A DNA stretch of 64,000 bases from an uncultured Acidobacteriota bacterium (GTDB lineage Bacteria; Acidobacteriota; Terriglobia; UBA7540): the NCBI GenBank assembly GCA_963804995.1, contig CAWDSK010000006.1, positions 832,001-896,000 of the forward strand, in the 5' to 3' direction. Below, in pieces: positions 30,671 to 40,790 of the stretch. Both the position numbers and the translations under genes were made by a program. Every line of letters starts with the position of its first letter. The first letter of the stretch is position 1. A model generated the notes under the pieces. The model had not been told where the DNA came from and ran no database searches. It was given only the letters and a program-made list of their open reading frames with translations.

Positions 30671-30704
30671 TTGCCTGGCAGCCAAGAGGTCAGGGGTTCG
30701 AGCC
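30671..30704 (+). pseudogene. tRNA-Ala(GGC) fragment cut in the T arm by an IS end
   Basis: TTGC-CTGGCAG-CCAAG-AGGTC-AGGGG-TTCGAGC-C then TGT of IS. Confidence 0.55.
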
Positions 30705-31131
30705 TGTCCATACCAAAAACTCGATCGCAGTAGGAAGATAATCCGAGATGGCTCCGTGTGCCTCCCAGCAGCAGCGCACGATATCCTCACCATCGTTCTC
30801 GCGGAGACGGATCCTGGAATCGATCCGTGGTTCTGTCATCCAACGCCAATCTCTGCTGGCGCCGGAAGGAAACTCAAGACTGTCTCTTGGGGGAATGACA
30901 CTTCAAGCTGCTCGCCGTTCATAACGGTGATGGAGTCCTCCAACTTCGGGGATCTCTGCCACGGCACCGAATTCCGGCCCTTGGATAACCCTCGCTTCCG
31001 GGGCATCCTTCGCCAACGCCAGATGTGTTCGCGAATGTAGGTAATACGCGAAATAAGAATTTAGAAGGCCACGCAGAGAAGACTCGTTGAACACAACAAC
31101 ATGGTCCAGGCACTCGCGCCGGATCGAGCCC
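30705..31131 (-). mobile_element. Right end of IS481-like element; near-identical inverted copy of 53940-54366
   Basis: TGTCCATACCAAAAACTCG end; encodes GSIRRECLD...GGLHHRYERRAA. Confidence 0.9.
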
Positions 31132-31289
31132 TGTCTCTCGCCAAAATCTCATCCGCGCCGAAAATGGCGAACTAGCGCTCCAAAGCAAAACCAGAAGAAT
31201 TGAAGCATAGCCGGCACTTATACCAAAATCCTGGCGAGACGATGGCAACTATGTTGTTTCAAAGTCGGATGGAGTTTTGGCGAACGACA
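31132..31289 (-). mobile_element. 158-bp MITE-like deletion derivative of IS481-like element
   Basis: Ends TGTCTCTCGCCAAAATCTC and GAGTTTTGGCGAACGACA, matching ends at 8053 and 31867. Confidence 0.75.
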
Positions 31290-31867
31290 GGTTTCGGAGG
31301 AAGGCGAGCCAACGTTGGGCTGGCTCGGGATCTCTCGGCGCCCGTTTCATCCAACGCGAGATCGTTCTCTCGCAAAGATCAAAACCGAGCATAAGAAGCT
31401 CGCCGCGTATGCGCGGCGCTCCCCAGGTCGGATTCTCAACAGCCATCCGGAAGATCAACTCTCGAACTCCCTTCGGCGTCGGCTTCCTCCCAAACCGCGT
31501 CCTGACTTTCGAGATCAGTTTCCAGTACAAGCGAAAACCAGCTCGGTGCCAACGAATTACGGTTTCAGGCGTGACGACGATCAGGGCTTGTTCCCATCCT
31601 GACCAGTATCGACGAACGGCGACTCAGAACAATTTGTCGAACGGGCCCAGGCACGGGCGTCGACGCCGCCGCTTTAATACGGCGAGTTGTTGGCGTAACG
31701 CAAGATTCTCAAGGAGGATACTTCGTCGCATGCGAAAGAAGTGAATCAGCGTTCCGACGCACAGGCCGATGGATTGAAGCATGGCGAGGAGTTATAACAG
31801 AAAGCTGATGGGACGGCGGCAGTTATGTCATTGATTTCAGAGTCCGCCAGAGTTTTGGCGAACGACA
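31290..31867 (-). mobile_element. Left part of IS481-like element with transposase pseudogene
   Basis: IR ends at 31867; ATG 31782, LENLALRQQL, nonsense TGA at 31624-31626, NPTWGAPRIRGEL; truncated. Confidence 0.85.
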
Positions 31868-31911
31868 ACGGGTAGAATGCTTGCTGGTTGCAGGATTGGA
31901 AAGGAGCGCCC

Positions 31912-32403
31912 GTGTCAGATGTCATTTACACTTCCAAGGTGCACATCGAACGCCAAGCTGGCCCGCTACGCATCGCTAAATTGCCCGCGGAGCCGCAGCC
32001 CGTCTGGTTCAGCGTGCACGGAGCCATCGCCGAGCACTATAAGGTAGATCCGGCGATTATCAAGGAGCCCCACGCCTCCACGCTGGATTACGTGATTGCC
32101 GCGACCGCCGGTTGAATGATCGGCACCTTCGGGAGCGCGCTGGAAGCGCGTCAAATTGATGCGAGTCATGGCAAGCTCAACGCGGAGGTAACCGGTGAGG
32201 TGGAAAAGGAAGACGGCATGCTGGTCATTCGCCGCATTGATGTGGCCATGCGCTTGGTCGCGGCGGAAGCAGTTCGCGAGACGGTTGAGCGTGTTCACGC
32301 CATGTACGCGATGCGCTGCCCTCTTTATCGAACGTTGCGCAACGCCATTCAGATTACGTCGTCGTACACCTTGGATACCCCGGCGACGGGTACTGAGAAA
32401 TAG
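31912..32403 (+). CDS. OsmC-family protein with in-frame UGA (predicted selenocysteine, residue 68)
   Basis: Two ORF-track ORFs abut in frame at TGA 32113-32115, in the position of the first OsmC Cys (YVIAATAG-U-MIGT); second Cys in RCPLYRTL; AAGGAG RBS. Confidence 0.85.
32135..32151 (+). promoter_or_regulatory. Putative bacterial SECIS hairpin
   Basis: GCGCGCT-GGA-AGCGCGT stem-loop with G-containing loop about 26 nt after the UGA. Confidence 0.6.
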
Positions 32404-32447
32404 TAAGATCAAAACCAAATTGAACAACAAGGAGAGGAGGAACTGTG

Positions 32448-33338
32448 ATGCGGAACCTACTAATTAAATGGGGCGTGTTTGTACTCGGGGTAGTCGTCAT
32501 GCTGGCCTCCACGGTTTTAGTCCCCGCGCAAGGGGGTAAACCTATAAAGGTCTTCATGACCACCGACATGGAGGGTGTAGACGGTGTTTTTGATTTCGAC
32601 CTCCAGTGCGAACCCCAGAAGAGCCTGCTTTGGGAAGAGTCGCACAAGCTGCTGACCGATGAAGTGAATGCGGCGGTCAAGGGGCTGTACGAGGGTGGCG
32701 CAACAGAAGTATTCATATATGACGGCCACGACAGCGGTCGCAGTCTGTCCGTGCTTGACATTGAACCTCGGGCACGGCTCCTGCAAGGGCGTCCGATCTC
32801 CCCTACTGCGGAGCTCGATGCTTCCTTCAACGCCTTTGTCTTCATTGGGCAGCATGCCATGGCGGGCGCGGAAAAGGGGGTGCTTACACATACCGAATCA
32901 TTTGACGTCCAGAATGTCTTGGTCAACGGCCGGCCTACGGGCGAGATAGGTCTTTTCGTGATGCTGGCGGGTCAATTGGGTGTCCCCGCGATCATGCTTT
33001 CCGGTGATACGGCTGCCTGCCGAGAGTTTCATGAACTGGTCCCGGAAGGCGAATGCGCGGAGGTAAAGAAGGGCGTTAGCCGCACCGCCGCCTGGATGCT
33101 TTCCCACTCCGCGGCCTGCGCTTTGATTAACGAAACGGCGCGGCGAGCCATGCAGCGCCTACCCCAGATCAAGCCCTATAAGCTCGCCGGACCTGTGGAA
33201 GTGAAAGTTGAGCACACGGTCCAAGGCACGCCACTTAACCCTCCGCACGAAGGAATCGAACGGTTGAACGACCGAACCTGGGTGTTTCGAGCAAAAGACA
33301 TGCTCGAGATGTGTTCGAAATATTTAGGTTGCACCTAA
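32448..33338 (+). CDS. M55-family D-aminopeptidase (DppA-like) with signal peptide
   Basis: TDMEGV, YDGH, IGQHAMAG, LTHT, GEIG, LSGD motifs. Confidence 0.9.
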   Translation: MRNLLIKWGVFVLGVVVMLASTVLVPAQGGKPIKVFMTTDMEGVDGVFDFDLQCEPQKSLLWEESHKLLTDEVNAAVKGLYEGGATEVFIYDGHDSGRSLSVLDIEPRARLLQGRPISPTAELDASFNAFVFIGQHAMAGAEKGVLTHTESFDVQNVLVNGRPTGEIGLFVMLAGQLGVPAIMLSGDTAACREFHELVPEGECAEVKKGVSRTAAWMLSHSAACALINETARRAMQRLPQIKPYKLAGPVEVKVEHTVQGTPLNPPHEGIERLNDRTWVFRAKDMLEMCSKYLGCT

Positions 33339-33545
33339 ACGTATGGATCGCTTTCGGGCACGTCATGAGCGAGTGGTGGGGATAGAGTTTACAAAAAGAC
33401 ACCCGGCGAGCCATGCCCGCCGGGTAAAACGAGAATGCATGAAAGAGCTATTGGCTAAATGCCACGCCATTAAAGGCAGCGACGCCGATTGAGTTTGACG
33501 TTGCCACAGGTGTGAGGTCGCCGTAAGTGTCGATGGCGAAGATTT

Positions 33546-33923
33546 TCAAATTCTGGCATTCGGGTCCGTGGGCAAGGGCACCCGGGCGATCGCGAGCCCG
33601 CATCGCCGTTCTTGTTCCGTGGCTTTAACCCCCGCGTACTCTGGACAAATGGAGCTGACCTTCATGGCACTCATGGCCTTCGCGATGCCAAGCGGGTAGG
33701 GTGGGTAAAGGATGGCGTGCCAGTGGTCGGGGAGAAAGACCCAGGCGGTCAGCGAGAAGCCATGCTTCTGGCGCATCCGCGCCAGCGCCACGGCCAGCAG
33801 GGTGTAACCGTGATCCGTCAACTTGGTCCTTGAGGGCAGCAACTTGACTGTTACGAAGAAGAAGCGATCGTAAAGGAAGGGGCGCGTATTCTGGACACGT
33901 GATAAATCGTGTTCTTTCGGCAA
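33546..33923 (-). pseudogene. REP-associated tyrosine (Y1/HUH) transposase remnant
   Basis: FFFVTV and AWVFLPDHWHAI (HUH); C-terminal catalytic region absent. Confidence 0.7.
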
Positions 33924-34968
33924 AGCTGCGTGACTTGACCTGACGAAAAGTTGCTAACAGAGGTCTGTTTTCTGCCCAGCGGAGGGTTGAACAGGCTGAG
34001 GGGGTGAGAATCTCGCCAAACCACCTATGTTGTAAGTAATTCTTGAGCGTGCATTGCACGCTCGATGTCGACTGCTACCAATAGCCATCTCATTTGCTGC
34101 ACAATTAGGGTGGTGGTAGACTGCGCCGGACGTAAGGCATACACGCGCTCGACCACTGTGTTCGAAGGTAGCGCATCGAGCCCGAGGAGCTTAACCGTTG
34201 CGTTGTCGCGTACGCCTCGAAATGTCCCGCCTAGAGGAGAAGAGGTGTATACTCGCCCGCGAATTAGGTTTCCCCAATGGGGATCCGAGGGAGAGGAACT
34301 GGCCACACATGGTTATGCGTCTCCCAGACTGGCATGGCCGCGAAGTTGACGCGGTTCGCAGCAGAGGCGGCGTGTGGGCTTTCCCTGACTTTTCTGACAA
34401 CGTCATAAGAAGCGTACCCGGCCACTGGCCGCCCCCAGAACTCGTTCAGAAGCTCTGCCAGAGTAAACAGTTATCTGCCTTCTTGCCTGAAGATCAGTCG
34501 CTTCTGACCCACAAGCTGAACCAACACTCTTTAGCCCTCCAGACAAGCATAGGGAGATGCTGGCGTTGGCCATGGACCTTGACCGGAAGAAACCGCGCAG
34601 AGAGACGCTCGCCAGGTTGGATAGAGCCGATTGCTGAGTTCATGCGAGTGCCGGAAGAGCTCGCTGGCGGGGTAAGTTCATGGATTTGGAGTAATCCGTC
34701 CCGATGTCCAGGGCTCCGACTGCTTCGAGAGATGGGAATGGTGATAAGCCAAAATGCTAGCTACGCTTCGCGGAAGGACGACCTTTTTGACCTACCGCAA
34801 ATACTCGCCATCCCTTACGTAGACGCGATAACGCTCAACAGAACTATGGCCGACTATTTTTCTAGGTTGAAGAGGGCACGCAGAAATCACAGCCCCCAAT
34901 TCGGCCTCCCTTGTAAAGTGTTTAGGAACACCAGCGACCTTCTTCACTGGGTGAATTGAATCTTTTGT

Positions 34969-36120
34969 ATGGACAATGACATGCGTGCCCCCCATCTGTT
35001 GTCAGACCCTACGGAAGCCGAATGCAAGTTCACCATGGATGGCGGGCCTGGACCGGAAGTCGTGATCAACGGGAGGCGGTATCTCTACTTCGGGGGCACG
35101 GGATATTTCAGTTTCCAAACGCATCCCGAGATTGTCCAGACAGCGCAGGCGGGCCTCGCCGACTTCGGGATGTGCACGGCGAGTTCGCGAAGCATCTTCG
35201 GGACCTCTCCCCTCCTCCTGCAAGTTGAACAAAAAGCCCGCGACTTCTTTGGCAGCAAGGACGCGATCTATCTGCCTTCGGGATACCTCATTAACGTCGC
35301 CGGCTTCCAGGCTTTGGTGAAGTTGAATCGCTTTGACGCCATGTTTGTGGATGAACTCGCGCATTGGAGCATCACCGATTTTATATACGCGGTGCAAAAA
35401 TCCGTCTTCACTTTTGCCCACGGGGATGCTGAAGATCTGGACCGAAAACTCAAGTCCAACCTGCAGCCAGGCCAAAGACCCTTGGTGGCGAGCGACGGTG
35501 TTTTCCCAACTTTCGGAGATATCGCCCCCCTGCCCGCGTACTTTGATCTGGTGGAACTTTACGACGGATGTATATGGATGGATGATTGTCATGCAGTCGG
35601 AGTGCTGGGCGAAAACGGACGTGGAACCTGCGAGTATTATGGGATGCGCTCCGATCGAGTGTACTTTGGTGGGACCCTGAGCAAGGCTGTGGGCGCCTAC
35701 GGGGGAATTATTCCGGGCACAGGAGAGTTCGTCCAAGCCATTCGCTCCGGCCATATCGCAAATGGCGCGAATCCATGCTTATCCGCTGCAGCCGCCGCCG
35801 CGGTAAAAGGGCTGGAGCTTATGATGTCCCTGCCGGATCTCCGCCAGCAGCTTTGGCGCAATGCCCGTCGCCTCAAGAGCGGTCTGACAGCCCTGGGATT
35901 CTCCCAGGATGACACACCGGTGCCCGTGGCGGCGTGGGCGCTGAGGACGAGCGAGGACATGGACCGCGTTCATGCCGCCCTGATGGAGCGAGGAATAGCG
36001 ATACAGCGGATGCACTACGTCGGCACGAGCCCAAAGGGGCTTTTGCGCGCTGTTGTGTTTGCCAATCACACGCCGGAACAGATCGATCGTATGCTCAACG
36101 AATTAAGGTCGCTGGTATGA
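34969..36120 (+). CDS. PLP-dependent class II aminotransferase (alpha-oxoamine synthase family)
   Basis: SGY, DELAH, SDGVF, MDDCHAVGVLG, GTLSKA (PLP lysine). Confidence 0.88.
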   Translation: MDNDMRAPHLLSDPTEAECKFTMDGGPGPEVVINGRRYLYFGGTGYFSFQTHPEIVQTAQAGLADFGMCTASSRSIFGTSPLLLQVEQKARDFFGSKDAIYLPSGYLINVAGFQALVKLNRFDAMFVDELAHWSITDFIYAVQKSVFTFAHGDAEDLDRKLKSNLQPGQRPLVASDGVFPTFGDIAPLPAYFDLVELYDGCIWMDDCHAVGVLGENGRGTCEYYGMRSDRVYFGGTLSKAVGAYGGIIPGTGEFVQAIRSGHIANGANPCLSAAAAAAVKGLELMMSLPDLRQQLWRNARRLKSGLTALGFSQDDTPVPVAAWALRTSEDMDRVHAALMERGIAIQRMHYVGTSPKGLLRAVVFANHTPEQIDRMLNELRSLV

Positions 36121-36173
36121 ATTTGTGGCCAGGGACTTCCCTGGCAAGCTGGGGCGTGCGGGAGGAATGTGAA

Positions 36174-37394
36174 ATGACATTACGAAAACGTGACCCCAAG
36201 GGTTCGGGAGGTACGGGGCTAGCCCCGAATCTTGTGGGAGCGGTGGTGCCGGCACTGGCAGAAGCCCAGTGGGCATCCGGCGCGACGCCCAAGCAGGTGC
36301 GGATTTCGGACCTGGAAGTTTTCCCATTCACGATGGAGTCCAAGCAGGAGACTCGAATCGCCCTGGGCACGCTGAGAGCAGAAAACGTTCTGGTCCGCTT
36401 ACGTACCGAAGATGGTCTGGTGGGCTGGGGGGAATCTTCTCCCTATGCTCCAGTAACCGGTGACACACAGGCCACCAATCTGGCAGCGGCGAAAATGTTC
36501 GCCGGTATTGTGAAGGGGAAGGATCCCTTTGATCTGGGCCGCATCGTTGCCGAAATGGAAGCGGCCACAACTAGTGAACCGGGCATCAAAGCGGCGGTTG
36601 AGATGGCAATTTGGGACATCTGCGGCAAATTAGCGAACCGCCCCGTGCGTTGCCTGTTGGGGAACTACCGAGACTCATTCGAAACCGATTTAACGGTATA
36701 CCTGGATGAGCCGTGCGTCATGGCTGAGAAGGCGGTATCTGTCGTGAATCAAGGCTTCAAGTCCGTCAAGGTGAAACTGGGTGAGACCGCCTTGGCGGAT
36801 ATCGAGCGCATACGCTGCGTGCGCGAGAAGATCGGCAGGGAAGCGAGGATTTGCATTGACGCCAATCAGGGATGGAGCCCCAGCGAGGCGGTGCGTACCC
36901 TAAGGGCCATTGATGCCTATGATGTGCAATTCTGCGAGCAGCCAGTGCCCTATTGGGATTGGGAAGGCTTGCGGTTCGTTCGGGAGCATTCTCCCATCGC
37001 CATTATGGCTGATGAGTCGGTGCACAGCCCGCACGACGCGATCACGGCAGTCCGCCGCGACGCCGTCGACATGATAAACATTAAGCTGATGAAGTCGGGC
37101 GGTATCCTTCAGGCGGTATGCATCGCCTGCATTGCCCATGCGGCCGGTATGGCTTGCATGCTGGGCTGTATGAGCGAAACGCGGGTGGCGCTCACTGCCG
37201 CCTCGCACGTCGTCTGCTCGCAGCGGAATGTGCTATGGGCGGACCTGGACTCCTTCATGGAACATAAGGTCGATCCGGTCATCGGCGGCATGGTATTGAA
37301 GAATGGGATAATTCACGCACCCACCACACCGGGGTTGGGCCTGGACATCGATCCGGCGTGGCTGAAAACGCTTCGTGGGGTTCGCATCGCTTAA
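36174..37394 (+). CDS. Dipeptide epimerase (L-Ala-D/L-Glu epimerase-like, enolase superfamily)
   Basis: KVK, DANQGW, EQP, DES, NIKLMKSGG, DLD motifs; GGAGG RBS. Confidence 0.9.
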   Translation: MTLRKRDPKGSGGTGLAPNLVGAVVPALAEAQWASGATPKQVRISDLEVFPFTMESKQETRIALGTLRAENVLVRLRTEDGLVGWGESSPYAPVTGDTQATNLAAAKMFAGIVKGKDPFDLGRIVAEMEAATTSEPGIKAAVEMAIWDICGKLANRPVRCLLGNYRDSFETDLTVYLDEPCVMAEKAVSVVNQGFKSVKVKLGETALADIERIRCVREKIGREARICIDANQGWSPSEAVRTLRAIDAYDVQFCEQPVPYWDWEGLRFVREHSPIAIMADESVHSPHDAITAVRRDAVDMINIKLMKSGGILQAVCIACIAHAAGMACMLGCMSETRVALTAASHVVCSQRNVLWADLDSFMEHKVDPVIGGMVLKNGIIHAPTTPGLGLDIDPAWLKTLRGVRIA

Positions 37395-37469
37395 CCAAGC
37401 TTCCCTTGTTGCCGAATCGGTACCATCGCATGTGCGATAGATGCGATAGAATCGACCGTAGATCAACGC

Positions 37470-38478
37470 TAGAGCGTTTCCATAAATAATATAGCTTGCA
37501 AAGAGCGGACTTCTGTGGCAGAGTGCGCTCATGCGAGCCATACCGATTCCCCTCCGCAAGCGCATTCTGGAACTCTATGAACGCGGCCGGAGTACGCAGG
37601 AGATCGCGCAGTTTTCGGGCTTCTGTATCGCGGCGGTGCGTCGTGTGCGCCAGCGGTTTGGCGAGCGCGGCACGCTGGAACCCCGGACGTATTTATGTGG
37701 ACGCAAGACGTTGCTCACCGAAGAGCGAAAACAACGTCTGCACCAACTTCTATCCGGACAGCCCGACGCCACGCTGGCCGAGTTGGGCGCGGGCTTGGAT
37801 CGCCCCTTCCGCACTTCCACGATCGATCTCTGGCTGCGGCGGCTGGGTTGGAAGTTTAAAAAAAACTCTGGCCGCCGCCGAACAAGAACGTCCCAACGTC
37901 GCCGAAAAAAGGGCGCGCTGGCATGAGGAGTTGGCTGCCGAGCCCACGGCCCATCTGGTGTTTGTGGACGAAAGCGGAGCCAACACCAAGATGACGCGCC
38001 TGCGGGGCCGTGCGCTGGGTGGGCAAAGACTGTTGGCGCGCCTTCCGCACGGACACTATCAGACCAGCACCTTGATCTCCGGCATTCGTCTGGAGGGTCC
38101 CTGCGCTCCTTGGCTTTTTGAAGGCCCCATGAACGGTGAAATGTTTTTGGCGTGGGTGACGCAAGGGCTCGCGCCTACCCTGCGCCCTGGCGAGGTGGTG
38201 ATTCTGGATAATCTGGCCACGCACAAAATCCGGGGAGTCCGGGAAGCCCTCGAAGCCGCCGGCGCCCGACTGCTCTATCTGCCCCCCTATTCGCCGGACT
38301 TCAATCCCATCGAGCCCATGTGGAGCAAGATCAAACAAATCCTGCGCGGCCACGCTCCCCGGACCGACGAACAACTGCTGCGTGCAGCGAAAAAGGCCTT
38401 CCAGTCCATTTCCGTCGCAGACTGCAAAGGCTTCTTTTTTAGTGCCCAATACGCTACATTATAAATGGAAATGCTCTA
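37470..38478 (+). mobile_element. IS630-family element
   Basis: IRs TAGAGCGTTTCCAT / ATGGAAATGCTCTA in CTAG context (TA target). Confidence 0.92.
37531..38464 (+). CDS. IS630 transposase, two ORFs joined by -1 frameshift at A8 run (37858-37865)
   Basis: HTH ORF then FVDESG, ILDNL, LPPYSPDFNPIE; TTTAAAAAAAAC slippery site. Confidence 0.88.
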
Positions 38479-38987
38479 GCATCAAGAGGTCTGCGGGTCC
38501 GAAGAAGGCGAAATCTCGTGCAAGATGGGGCTTTGGGTATGGGCGGATTGGGATCTGGCTCAGCACGCATTGCCAGTCTCAGTCGAGTGTCGGGAACCAG
38601 CTATGCCGCAATACCGGGAGTACCTGAAGCGGCGAGGAATTTGTGTGTTGCTGCCCAGCATTCTGCGGGGATCACCATCGGTGAGTAAGGAACCCTGTAC
38701 ATCGTAAAACTGATGCTTGCTATGAGTCGATAAAGAAGGGAGAGCTGTGCAGGTGGGCTGTCGCCACAGCATCGTCTGGCATCTCCTCACCAGCGATTGT
38801 GCCCTTGGTCCGCATCCTTGCAAGCCGGGGCGTGCTTTCCCCGGCTGTCAAAACATTTGGAAAAATCGCGAGGGGCACGACATCGCGCCACAACAAGAAG
38901 GCTCGTGAAAGAGCGGTGATGCTGCTGAAAGCTGGCCGTTTTCTCAGGCGCCGCCTTTGTGACGACACACATAGGCTTCGTCAGCCC

Positions 38988-39917
38988 TTAGAAGACACTG
39001 CACTTCAGCCAAGCATCGACGAGATCCTTTCCCCGGTATACATAGGTCCGGTCGTCCAACCGCTCAACGCCTTCGCGCTCCCGGTAAACCGGCATGCCTT
39101 GTACTGTGAACTCAACCTTGAATTCCACTGGCCCGGAGACCTTGTAAGGTTTGAACTCTGGGAGTCGTTCTACAGCGCGGCGCGCCTTTTCGCGAATCAA
39201 TGAATACGCGGCCTGATCCGAGAGCGAAATTCCTCCCGTCCGGCTTAAACCTGTCTTCACCGCTGCACACTCGGCATTGGGGACCAGTTGTTGCAGTTCC
39301 TGGCAAGCTGCCGCGTCCCCGGCAAGCATGATTACCGGTACTCCGAAGTAGCCCGCAAACGCCGCTGTGGACCCGATTTCACCGATGATCTGGTTATTCA
39401 ACCACATATTTTGAATCTCAAAAGCATAGCTGTGGCTTATGACTCCGTTTTTGGCGCCTGCCATCGGATGTTGGCCGATGAAGATCATGGCGCTGTAAGA
39501 AGAGTCTAACCCAAGAGTGGCCGGGATACCTACACCCTGAAGTAATCGTGCTCGCGGGTCAATTGTTTCCGTTGAAAGTGAGCGACTACTGTCATGGAGA
39601 TCGGCCACAATGACTTCCGTCGCGCCACCAGCACACAGCCCCTCAACAGCGGCGTTGACCTCACCCGTCAGCAACTTCTGGGACTCTGCCCACCGAGCGC
39701 TCTTGAACGGTTGACACTGGTCTTCCCAGTTGAAAATGCCGTGTACACCTTCCATATCGGTGACCATGTAAACCTTTACCGACTTCGCTTGTGCTGTAGA
39801 CGTTGAGGGCGGTTCCAAAAGACCGCTCGGGTTAGTGGCACCGGCGGCAAGACCAACTCCGGCTACTGCGCTCGTTTTAAAAAATTCGCGTCGGTTTACA
39901 GCGGATTCCTCAGACAT
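38988..39917 (-). CDS. M55-family D-aminopeptidase, Tat-exported
   Basis: NRREFFK Tat motif; TDMEGV, ADLH, IGQHPMAG, SHSY, GEIG. Confidence 0.9.
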   Translation of the reverse strand: MSEESAVNRREFFKTSAVAGVGLAAGATNPSGLLEPPSTSTAQAKSVKVYMVTDMEGVHGIFNWEDQCQPFKSARWAESQKLLTGEVNAAVEGLCAGGATEVIVADLHDSSRSLSTETIDPRARLLQGVGIPATLGLDSSYSAMIFIGQHPMAGAKNGVISHSYAFEIQNMWLNNQIIGEIGSTAAFAGYFGVPVIMLAGDAAACQELQQLVPNAECAAVKTGLSRTGGISLSDQAAYSLIREKARRAVERLPEFKPYKVSGPVEFKVEFTVQGMPVYREREGVERLDDRTYVYRGKDLVDAWLKCSVF

Positions 39918-40082
39918 ATGTTCTCCTCCCTTTGCTGTACTCATCCATTATTGTGGTTTCGAGGCGTCATCTGCGCCCGGTTCGCTGAACCGGTGACGGC
40001 AGGGATCCATCCAACAAACGCTGGCCACGGAGCGAGTTACATTGTATCTCCTTTCCCACCTCCCGCTCGAGATCGGACCATC

Positions 40083-40376
40083 CTAACCCGGGTAGACTAG
40101 AAAATTGTCGCCGGGGGGAAATACGTGTCGGAGTGCCGTCCAGAGCTTGTCGGGCCGACCCGGCGACGCTTTTGGAGCAGATATGCGAGCGCGTCCGCAT
40201 TGGACAGATCGCTCCAGAAGATTGTCGCCGGCCTCGGTCAATCGCTGGATGGAGGTGCCGCCGGCCAGAGCGATCTTGAGTTCTGGAGCATAGGTACTTA
40301 GCGCGGTCATAACGCCGTCCATGGATTCCTTGTCCCACTCATCAAAAGCGATGTAGGTCAACATTTCCGTTTTCAA
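40083..40376 (-). pseudogene. Possible DUF4091/glycoside-hydrolase gene remnant
   Basis: YIAFDE and FPPGDNFLVYPG motifs in a short, apparently deleted ORF. Confidence 0.35.
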
Positions 40377-40790
40377 ATCTCAACCGACGCATAACATACA
40401 CCTGCCTGCCCCTGCATGCAATCGCGCGCCCGCGTCGTGCGGGCGGTTCCGGTATCGACCGCCTCGGCGACGGCTGGAAAAGCCCGTCGTGCTGTTGTCT
40501 GATGACGCTGGGTTGGGAGCTGTGACGAACGTGTCACGGACGATTCCAAACTGCTTAGCGAAGGATGTAGGTTTTCCAGGCAAGCCCTGCACTCGGTCAG
40601 TCCTTTCCCGCCCACCCCAAGGGGTAAGGTCCGTTCATTTGTCACACGATCTCAATGAGAATCACGATGCGACGTGAAAAACTCAAAGCGGCAGGCGCAC
40701 TGTCTTTCTGCGAAGGATGCTGGAGTCCTGCACTACAGGCAGTTTCCCCCCCCAAGGATTTTCGCTCTCTCTAAATCGCCCTTGCGATCC

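Noticed and set aside
34198..34959. 253-aa ORF as a functional gene
   Set aside because: No RBS or recognisable motif; looks like fused remnants in a decayed region, though this cannot be excluded without a search
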